A stretch of DNA of 48,040 nt, taken from the NCBI GenBank assembly GCA_035286745.1, contig DATECU010000271.1:1-48040 (forward strand). Direction: 5' to 3'. This DNA is from Vicinamibacteria bacterium (GTDB taxonomy: Bacteria > Acidobacteriota > Vicinamibacteria > Fen-336). The position numbers and the translations under genes are program-made. Of this stretch, positions 36,074 to 43,691 are shown piece by piece. The number at the start of each line of letters is the position of its first letter. Positions within the stretch are counted from its first letter, which is position 1. The notes under the pieces are model-generated. The model did no database searches and was not told where the DNA came from. It worked only from the letters and a program-made list of their open reading frames with translations.

Positions 36074-36298
36074 TCGGGACAGCCTACCCGATCCGGCGAG
36101 CAGAAGCTCCTGGACGACCGGCCGGCGTGGGTGTCTGCGCGTTCCTCAGTCCACCTGGCCGCAAGAACCGGGCGGCCCACGCGTCGGCCGGAAGCCGTCG
36201 TCCGACCTCCGCCCCGGTTTAGCGCTTCGAAGGATGCGGGTCGTCGCCTGGTCCGGCGGCCGCCTCAAACCGATCCCGCCTATCCCGCCCACCTTCCG

Positions 36299-36330
36299 AC
36301 TACCGATACCGACCGGGCTTGTCCTACAAT
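36299..36330 (+). promoter_or_regulatory. Conserved promoter block of ELWxxDGT gene 2 (paralogous to 21963-21994)
   Basis: ACTACCGATACCGACCGGGCTTGTCCTACAAT. TACAAT ends 53 nt before the ATG. Confidence 0.4.
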
Positions 36331-36383
36331 ATGGTGGCCGTCAGGCACCTACCCCCTACCTGTTGTGGTGAAGGAGCAGGCTC

Positions 36384-39035
36384 ATGACCGATCGAGGCTC
36401 GTGCGCGCTTCTTGCCGTGCTGCTGCTGGCACCTGCCGCCAGCGCCCTTGCCCAGGCCTACCGGGTGAAGGACATCGTCCAGACGACCGGCGATTCGAAC
36501 CCCCACAACGTGGTCGCCGTGGCGGGCACGGCCTTCTTCGTGGCGTACGATGGCCACCACGACTACGAGCTATGGAAGACGGATGGAACGCCGGCGGGGA
36601 CCATCCCGGTGAGGCGCGGCCCGGGGTCGCCGCCCAGGCCCGGCCAGCTAACGCGCGTGGGAGACCTTCTGTTTTTCACGGCTGGGGATGGGGGAGGAAC
36701 CCTCTGGAAGAGCGACGGCACAGTCGACGGAACGGTTCGAGTGGCTTCACCGGGCTGGTACCCGATGTCGCTGCGGGCTGTGGGCGATGTCCTCTTCCTG
36801 ACGGTGACGACCTCCGAGAACGGCACGGAGCTATGGAAGAGCGACGGGACGGCGGCCGGTACAGTCATGGTGAAGGACATCCGACCGGGTCGCGACTCGT
36901 CCTACCCTCAGGGCCTGGTCGCGTTCAAGAACCTCGCGTTCTTCTGGGCCGATGACGGGATCCACGGCTGGGAGCTGTGGCGCTCCGATGGGTCGGCCAC
37001 CGGGACCACGATGGTGGCGGACATTCAGCCGGGTCCGGAAGGGACGGGCGGCGGGAGGCTGGTGGCCGCGTCCGACCGCCTCTTCTTCTCGACGACACGG
37101 CCGGCGACCGGTCGCGAACTGTGGTCGACAGACGGCACCGACGCCCAGACTCGCCTGGTGCGCGACCTGTGCCCGGGAGCCTGCTCCGCGATTGGCGCCT
37201 ACTCCTTCGGGATGGCGGCGTTGGGCGGCCAGCTCTTCTTCGCGGCCGATGACGGCACCTCGGGTCAGGAGCTCTGGCAGACCGATGGCAGCGAAGCGGG
37301 GACGGTACTTGTGAGGGACATCGTACCTGGGACAGGCGGCTCCTACCCCGAGCACCTTACGAATGTTGGTGGCACCCTCTTCCTGGCGGCCGGCGACTTC
37401 AAGGCCGGCGTCGAGTTGTGGAAGAGCGATGGCAGCGCAGCAGGCACGGTTCGTGTCGCCGACATCAGGCCGGGGAGCTGGGGGTCGGCCCCCGAAGCAC
37501 TGATGGAGGTTGGCAACCGTCTCCTCTTCTACGCCGACGATGGCAAGCATGGCCGGGAGCTGTGGCGAAGCGACGGGACTCTGTCCGGCACCGCCCTGAT
37601 CGCCGATGTCTTTCCGGGCGAGGCGTCCTCGGCTCCGTACGCGGCGACCCTGACACCCGTCGAAGCCGACGTGTTCTTTGCCGCCGCCGATGGCCAGAGG
37701 GGCGTAGAGCTGTGGAAGAGCGATGGGACTGGCGCAGGCACCCTTCCGTTGAGGGACATCCACGCGACCAGTGGCTCCTCTACTCCCACCTCGCTGGCTG
37801 GCGCGGATGGGCAGCTGTTCTTTCAAGCCACCGACCCCGTCTACGGCGCCGAAATGTGGACCAGCGACGGCACCGAACTGGGCACCCAGCTTTTCAAGGA
37901 CTTCCGCCCCGGACCCCAGTCCGGGCACCCAAACGGATTCACCTCGACGCCGTTCGGCCTTCTCTTTGCGGCATCAAGTGCGGCCGACGAATGGGCTCTT
38001 TGGAAGACCGACGGCACCACAGGCGGTACGGTTCGGCTCAAGAGCCTAACCACGTCCGTGGCTCCGAGCCGACTCGCCGCTCTTGGCAACCTGGCTCTCT
38101 TCGCCTGGGGCAGCGCTGCCACCGGGTCCGAGTTGTGGCGCACCGATGGCACATCTGAGGGAACTGTCCTGGTGAAGGACATCAATCCGGGCAGCGAGGG
38201 CTCATCCCCCGGCCAGGTCACCGTCGTCGGCAGCACTGCCTTCTTCCTCGCCTTTGAGCCGGCTACGGGGTACGAGCTCTGGCGCAGCGACGGCTCGGAG
38301 GCGGGCACCTATCGAGTAGCCGACGTGGAGCCAGGGCCCTTCAGCCCCGACATCAAGGGGATGGCCACCCTGGGCAATCACCTCTTCTTCGTGACCTTCG
38401 ACGCGACACCCGGGACCAAGATCTACCGCACCGATGGTACCCCCGGCAACGCCGAGGCTGTCGTCGCCTTCTCCTCCTGTCCGCAGATCGAGGAGATCCT
38501 GGTTCCGCTGGAAGACCGTCTCTTCTTCCAGGCCCGCGACCCCGAACACGGCTGCGAGTTGTGGGCGACCGACGGCACCCGGGCCGGAACCGCTATGGTG
38601 GCCGACCTCGATCCCGGCCTGGGTTCCTCCGACCCCAGGCGCTTGACGGTCGTGGGCCGCACCCTCTTCTTCGTGGGGGACGCCGAGGGAGAGCCGCGAC
38701 TCTGGCGCAGCGACGGGACCGCCGGGGGCACCTCCCTGGTGAGCCCGGTAACCCTCGCCGATCCCGCCTGCTACTGCTCGCCACTAACCAATGCCAACGG
38801 AACCGTCTACTTCGTCGCCTTTGATCCCCATCACGGCGGTGAGCTCTGGCAGACCGACGGCACCGGTGCAGGAACGCGAATGGTCCACGACGTCAAACCG
38901 GGCCCCGAGGGCTCTCTCCCCCTCGATCTAACCGCCACTACCACCCACCTCTACTTCGTGGCTGACGACGGGCATAGCGGCCGGGAGCTGTGGGCGGTGG
39001 ACCTTGACGTCGTCTTCAAGAACGGCTTCGAGTAG
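36384..39035 (+). CDS. Secreted ELWxxDGT-repeat protein, paralogue 2 (883 aa)
   Basis: SD AAGGAG. Signal peptide ...SALA|QAYRVKDI. 17 repeats plus a terminal ELWAVDL. Ends ...LDVVFKNGFE*. The repeat-by-repeat layout mirrors paralogue 1. Confidence 0.85.
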   Translation: MTDRGSCALLAVLLLAPAASALAQAYRVKDIVQTTGDSNPHNVVAVAGTAFFVAYDGHHDYELWKTDGTPAGTIPVRRGPGSPPRPGQLTRVGDLLFFTAGDGGGTLWKSDGTVDGTVRVASPGWYPMSLRAVGDVLFLTVTTSENGTELWKSDGTAAGTVMVKDIRPGRDSSYPQGLVAFKNLAFFWADDGIHGWELWRSDGSATGTTMVADIQPGPEGTGGGRLVAASDRLFFSTTRPATGRELWSTDGTDAQTRLVRDLCPGACSAIGAYSFGMAALGGQLFFAADDGTSGQELWQTDGSEAGTVLVRDIVPGTGGSYPEHLTNVGGTLFLAAGDFKAGVELWKSDGSAAGTVRVADIRPGSWGSAPEALMEVGNRLLFYADDGKHGRELWRSDGTLSGTALIADVFPGEASSAPYAATLTPVEADVFFAAADGQRGVELWKSDGTGAGTLPLRDIHATSGSSTPTSLAGADGQLFFQATDPVYGAEMWTSDGTELGTQLFKDFRPGPQSGHPNGFTSTPFGLLFAASSAADEWALWKTDGTTGGTVRLKSLTTSVAPSRLAALGNLALFAWGSAATGSELWRTDGTSEGTVLVKDINPGSEGSSPGQVTVVGSTAFFLAFEPATGYELWRSDGSEAGTYRVADVEPGPFSPDIKGMATLGNHLFFVTFDATPGTKIYRTDGTPGNAEAVVAFSSCPQIEEILVPLEDRLFFQARDPEHGCELWATDGTRAGTAMVADLDPGLGSSDPRRLTVVGRTLFFVGDAEGEPRLWRSDGTAGGTSLVSPVTLADPACYCSPLTNANGTVYFVAFDPHHGGELWQTDGTGAGTRMVHDVKPGPEGSLPLDLTATTTHLYFVADDGHSGRELWAVDLDVVFKNGFE

Positions 39036-39224
39036 CCGGCCGGCATGCGCTATCCGTAGCCGCAGCGGCGACCCGGTTTCGCGCTGACACCGGAGAGACG
39101 ATCGGCGCCAACGGCAACCGGAGATCCAGGGTTGTTGCCCCCCTGAACTTGGAGCAAGATCGGACGCTGGCGTGCGGGCCAAGGGCGGAGCCGTGGAGCG
39201 GCGTCCAGAAGGGCGAGGGGTTCA

Positions 39225-40502
39225 ATGTCGTGGTTGGGTTGGGGGTCCCAAGAGCGCACGCCCGGGGGCCAAGCGATGGCCGGCGGAGGTCGAGATCGCG
39301 ACGGGTCGGGCCTGCCGGAACCGCCGGCTACGGCTCGCTACTTGCGGTCACCTGTGAACGCGTCGGGACTGGTGTTCCTGCTGATCGCGGCACTTCTCTA
39401 TCAGCACCTATCGAACCCAGCGGATGCCTCGCGCCACGTGGCCTACCCTCTCTTGCTGGCGGTGCTGGCGATCTGGGCGCGGGCCCCCCGCTGGGTACTC
39501 CAGGCGATTCTGGCTAGCGCGCTGGTCGTTCACGTGTATCTCCACACCCAGGTCGTTTCCCTGGACCCCGCATATCAGGCCTCGACGCGCGACCGGGCCG
39601 TCGAAATGACCACCCAGGCGCTGCTGCGCGGTGAGAACCCGTGGAACCACGTGCCCGCGCTCGGTGCCCGGGCTTCGACCGGCCCGACCAGCATTCTGGT
39701 CGCCCTGCCCGCGGTCTTGCTCTTGGGGCGAATCAACTGGCTCTCCTTTGCGTTCTGGATCTCGTTCTTCGGCATCCTGCTCGCCTGGGACATCCGTCGT
39801 CGAAACGACACCTTTCCCACGCTGAGCCTGTTGTTCCTGCTGGGGCTCTTTGGCTTCGCACATACCCTTCGACACCGGCTGGACGAGCTGTACTACCCGT
39901 ACCTGTATCTGGTTGCAGCATACGCTTTCGTCAGGCGGGGCCGGAACGGCCTGGCAGGTGCCTGCCTGGCTCTGACGATCCTGTCGCGTCTGAACTACGT
40001 GTTCGTGGTCCTGGCATTCCTGCTGTGGTATGGCACGAGCGAACGATTCCGGTGGCGGGCCTTGCTGCGCGTGGCAGGCGGCATGCTCGTGGCAAGTGTC
40101 TTCGTTGTGCTGCCCTTCGCGATAGTCGGGGGAACCGACTTTCTCACCCACAACCCCTTCCTGCTGGCTTACCGCCGGAGCGGGATCCAGTCGTGGCCGG
40201 AAACCAATGCCATCTTCCATCTACTCAACGAGATGGGGCGACTCCTGGGTCAGAACGGGATGCGCGTCGCCAAACTCCTGCTCGTCGGGTTCGTGCTACT
40301 CATGACCACTTGGCGCCTGCGGGGGGTGAGTCCGCACCCCTTCTGGCACATGGCCGTGGCAGCGTTCTCGGCGCATACCCTGGTGCTGTTCACGCTGCCC
40401 CTGGACTACGCGGTCATCTTCGTCCTGCCCGCCTTCCTGGGGATCGCCCTCACGACGGCGGTGGCTGAGACCAGCCCGGGCAACCTCGACGCCGCTAAAT
40501 AA
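39225..40502 (+). CDS. Polytopic membrane protein, possibly a GT-C-type (DUF2029/GT87-like) glycosyltransferase
   Basis: About 10 or more hydrophobic helices. An early loop DRAVEMTTQALLRGENPWNH resembles the D...Y/L..G.NPY loop of GT87-like enzymes. The start is uncertain. Confidence 0.5.
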   Translation: MSWLGWGSQERTPGGQAMAGGGRDRDGSGLPEPPATARYLRSPVNASGLVFLLIAALLYQHLSNPADASRHVAYPLLLAVLAIWARAPRWVLQAILASALVVHVYLHTQVVSLDPAYQASTRDRAVEMTTQALLRGENPWNHVPALGARASTGPTSILVALPAVLLLGRINWLSFAFWISFFGILLAWDIRRRNDTFPTLSLLFLLGLFGFAHTLRHRLDELYYPYLYLVAAYAFVRRGRNGLAGACLALTILSRLNYVFVVLAFLLWYGTSERFRWRALLRVAGGMLVASVFVVLPFAIVGGTDFLTHNPFLLAYRRSGIQSWPETNAIFHLLNEMGRLLGQNGMRVAKLLLVGFVLLMTTWRLRGVSPHPFWHMAVAAFSAHTLVLFTLPLDYAVIFVLPAFLGIALTTAVAETSPGNLDAAK

Positions 40503-40519
40503 CAGGAGCTGACCGCTCC

Positions 40520-41005
40520 TCACGCCAGATCGCGCAGAATCCGGGGTGGCAGGAACCAAACGAGGCTGCCTCCCTCGGCCAGGGTCCCGTTCAGCTCGAC
40601 CAGAGCAGCACCGCCCTTCTTGAAAAGCAGCGCTTCGCCGCGGCCGCCGATCAGCCGGCCCAAGAGCGAGGACACGTGGGGCTCATGGCCGAAGACGGCG
40701 ACAAACGCATCGCCGGAGAAGCGCGACAGCGTTCTCGCCAGATCCTCGAAGTCTCCGGTGGCGAGCGCCGGCGCATTCTCCACCACCGGGGCCTGCCAGG
40801 CCTCAGCCGCGATCTCGGCGGTGCGCCGGGCTCGGGGCAGCGGGCTGGTCAGGATGGCCTCCGGACAGCGCAGCAGCTCGGCCAGTCCGGCGGCTGCCTC
40901 CCGAAAGCGCTCCTCACCGCGGGGTGTGAGCGGGCGCTCGTCATCGGGGATGCCGGGGGTGCCGTGAGGTACGGCGCTGGCGTGGCGGACGATCAGAAGC
41001 TCCAT
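40520..41005 (-). CDS. sixA: SixA-type phosphohistidine phosphatase
   Basis: LLIVRHASA (RH catalytic motif), LTPRGEE, FGHEPH. Confidence 0.85.
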   Translation of the reverse strand: MELLIVRHASAVPHGTPGIPDDERPLTPRGEERFREAAAGLAELLRCPEAILTSPLPRARRTAEIAAEAWQAPVVENAPALATGDFEDLARTLSRFSGDAFVAVFGHEPHVSSLLGRLIGGRGEALLFKKGGAALVELNGTLAEGGSLVWFLPPRILRDLA

Positions 41006-41017
41006 CGGCCTACCTCC

Positions 41018-41944
41018 TCAAGCAGTTGCCGCGTCCGTTGGGCGCCCCCCCAGGGCGGTCAGGGCTCGGCGGGCCATGTTCAGCGGAGCCGCCTCCAGCA
41101 GCCGCTGGTGATGGCGGTGGCTTTCCTGGCGGAAGAACGCGGCCTGGGCCTGGGCCTCTCTGGCCAGAGGCGCCTGACCGCGAACCCGGGCCGAGGTGGC
41201 CTGGCGGGTGAGCCAGCTGGCTAGCACGAAGTGGTCGCGGACGTGGCCCAACCGAGTCTGCAAGTCTCTGAACAAGGTGGCGTCCTCCTCCTGGTGGCCC
41301 CGCAGCGCGCCGGCCAGTTCCCCCACATAACGCAACCGTCGAGCCACCATGCGGGCGCGGTGAAGTTCCTCCGGGTCGTAGCGCTGGCCCAGGGCTTCGA
41401 GGGTGGCGAGGAGCCGGTTGCCGATGGTGGCGGAGGTATCGCGCAGGCGGCGCAGGGCGGTGAACATGGGCGGAACCCCGCGCGCCAGCAGCTTGCGCAG
41501 GTCGCGGCGCACGCCGGCGATCTCGATGTCCATGAGCACCTCGGCCATGTGGTGGCGGCTTCGGCTGCGGGCGGCCCGCAAGCGCCGCCGAACCAGCGCT
41601 AGCTCCGGGGGCCGCGTCTGCAGCTCCGTCCATCGCGCCTCGAACAGCTCGACGCACACATCCAGATCCCGGCTGCCTCCCGCGGCCCGGGTCAGCTCGC
41701 GGAGCACTCCGAGCGCCCGTCGAGCCCGGCGTCCGGTCGGGTCCTGGGCGAGAACCGGCAGCGCGACCCTCAGGCGGCGCGTGCTGACCCGCATGTCGTG
41801 CACCGCTTCCTGGTCTCCGGCGAGCGCCTTGGGCAGGTGGCGAAACACCATCCTCACCGCCTGCTGAAGGAGGTGGGTGGGTCGGTCGGCGAGGGTAGCG
41901 GGGCGGGCCGGCATGAGCCTTCCTGGGCCAACCGACGCTAGCAC
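41018..41944 (-). CDS. CHAD-domain protein (polyphosphate-associated family)
   Basis: VHDMRVSTRRLRVAL, RLRAARSRS, ARRLRYVGEL repeated basic helices. The start may be the internal Met at 41914. Confidence 0.85.
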   Translation of the reverse strand: MLASVGPGRLMPARPATLADRPTHLLQQAVRMVFRHLPKALAGDQEAVHDMRVSTRRLRVALPVLAQDPTGRRARRALGVLRELTRAAGGSRDLDVCVELFEARWTELQTRPPELALVRRRLRAARSRSRHHMAEVLMDIEIAGVRRDLRKLLARGVPPMFTALRRLRDTSATIGNRLLATLEALGQRYDPEELHRARMVARRLRYVGELAGALRGHQEEDATLFRDLQTRLGHVRDHFVLASWLTRQATSARVRGQAPLAREAQAQAAFFRQESHRHHQRLLEAAPLNMARRALTALGGRPTDAATA

Positions 41945-42062
41945 GGCCGCCTGGCGAAGACCACTCAGGGAACCCCCGCTCGCGGCCGACTACAATGGGC
42001 GGAGCCATGGAAGACCGCGCCCAGCAGTGCCATCCGAACCCCGCCGGCCCGAGGAACCGCTA

Positions 42063-43691
42063 GTGGCCGCCCGCCGCAAGCGGACGCTGTCCCCGCGGGC
42101 CGCCGAACCCGCCGTGCCTCCGGTCCCGGCGCCGCCCCAGCCTCCACCCCCGCCGGAGCCGGTCGCCGTCATCGACATGGGGGCCAGCGCCATTCGCTTG
42201 CTGGTGGCCGAGGTTGAGCCCGGCCAGCCCGTCCGCATCCTGGAGGAGGCCTCTCGTGGCGTCCTGCTGGGCAAGGACACCTTCACCCACAACCGGCTGG
42301 GGGCGGCCACCGTGGAGGCGACACTCAAGGCCCTGGAGGGCTTCCGCCGCATCATGGACACCTATCGCGTTGTGCGCTATCGGGCGGTGGCCACCAGCGC
42401 AGTGCGTGAGGCGCAAAACGCCGAAACCTTCCTGGATCGGGTCCGACAGCGCACCGGCATCGACATCGAGGTGATCGACGGCTCGGAGGAAAACCGACTC
42501 ACCTACATGGCGGTGCGCGAGGCCCTGCGCGGGCATCCGGCGCTCGGCTCGGCTGACGCCCTGCTGGTGGAGGTCGGCGGCGGCAGCGCCGACCTGTCCT
42601 TTCTCCGCAACGGCGAGCCCATCCACTCCGGAACCTACACCCTGGGCTCCATCCGCATGCGCCAGAACCTGGCCTCCTGGCAGGGCAGCCCGGAGCAACG
42701 CATGCGCCTGCTGCGCCGCCACGTCCACAACGTGGTCGAGGACATCCGGCGCGAGATGCCCTTGAAGGAGGCCCGCTACTTCATCGCGCTAGGCGAGGAC
42801 GTGCAGTTCGCCGCCGCCCGCGTCGGCGGTGAGTCGCGCCCCGGGGCCATCCCGGTGGTGGCCAAGGAGCCCTTCCTGGCCCTGTGCGACGAGCTGGCTG
42901 CCTTCGAGGTGGACGAGCTGGTGGAGCGCTACCGCATCCCCCACGCTGGCGCCGAGACCCTGGTGCCCGCGCTGCTCGCCAACCGCGAGCTGCTACTCGA
43001 GACCCAGGCCAGCGAGATCCTGGCCCCCGAGGCCTCGCTCAGGGCCGGCCTGCTCTTGGACATCGCCGGCAGCGAGGACGGCCTGGGCATCGAGGTCTTC
43101 GGCAAGCAGGTGCTGGCCAGTGCCGACGCGTTAGGTGCTCGGTACCGCTACGATGCCCCCCACGCCCGGGCGGTGGCCGCTCTGGCCTGCCGCCTCTTCG
43201 ACGACCTCCGCTCCGAGCACGGCCTGAGCATGCGCGATCGCCTGCTTCTGGAGGTCGCGGCGCTGCTTCACGACGTGGGCATCTTCGTGAACCTGCGCGG
43301 CCACCACAAGCACTCCCAGTACCTGCTCTCGGTTTCCGAGATCTTCGGCCTTTCCCGCGACGACCTCGCCATCGTCTCCAACGTGGCCCGCTACCATCGC
43401 CGCGGTCTGCCCCAGAAGTCGCACCTGCCCTACATGGCCCTGGATCGCGACACCCGCGTGCTGGTCAACAAGCTGGCCGCCATCCTGCGCGTGGCCAACG
43501 CCCTGGATGCCGACCACCTGCAGAAGGTGAAGGAGCTGCGTGTGGTGCAGGCCGACGATGCCTGGGTGCTCGAGGTCACCGCCGCCGGGGACCTGACCAT
43601 GGAGCGCCTGGCGGCTCTGTCGCGAGCCGACATGCTGACCGAGGTCTTCGGCCGCAAGGTCAGCTTTCGTGAGGCGTCGCCCAAGCCATGA
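42063..43691 (+). CDS. ppx: Exopolyphosphatase Ppx/GppA with C-terminal HD domain
   Basis: VIDMGASAIRLLV, EVGGGSADLSF, LLHDVGIFV...HHKHS. GTG 42063 is chosen because it lies outside the divergent CHAD gene. Confidence 0.85.
   Translation: MAARRKRTLSPRAAEPAVPPVPAPPQPPPPPEPVAVIDMGASAIRLLVAEVEPGQPVRILEEASRGVLLGKDTFTHNRLGAATVEATLKALEGFRRIMDTYRVVRYRAVATSAVREAQNAETFLDRVRQRTGIDIEVIDGSEENRLTYMAVREALRGHPALGSADALLVEVGGGSADLSFLRNGEPIHSGTYTLGSIRMRQNLASWQGSPEQRMRLLRRHVHNVVEDIRREMPLKEARYFIALGEDVQFAAARVGGESRPGAIPVVAKEPFLALCDELAAFEVDELVERYRIPHAGAETLVPALLANRELLLETQASEILAPEASLRAGLLLDIAGSEDGLGIEVFGKQVLASADALGARYRYDAPHARAVAALACRLFDDLRSEHGLSMRDRLLLEVAALLHDVGIFVNLRGHHKHSQYLLSVSEIFGLSRDDLAIVSNVARYHRRGLPQKSHLPYMALDRDTRVLVNKLAAILRVANALDADHLQKVKELRVVQADDAWVLEVTAAGDLTMERLAALSRADMLTEVFGRKVSFREASPKP

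Noticed and set aside
36074-36298. Search for PHO-type 11-bp-phased repeats upstream of phoBR and ELW2
   Set aside because: GTCG-containing words are present (for example 36182, 36196, 36199), but their spacing is 14 or 17 nt on the plus strand. The minus strand has no phased partners. A Pho box is not supportable here.
39195-39225. tRNA-like T-loop sequence GGTTCAAT
   Set aside because: The flanks do not form a T-stem (GAGGG against GTCGT), and no acceptor or anticodon arms could be built.
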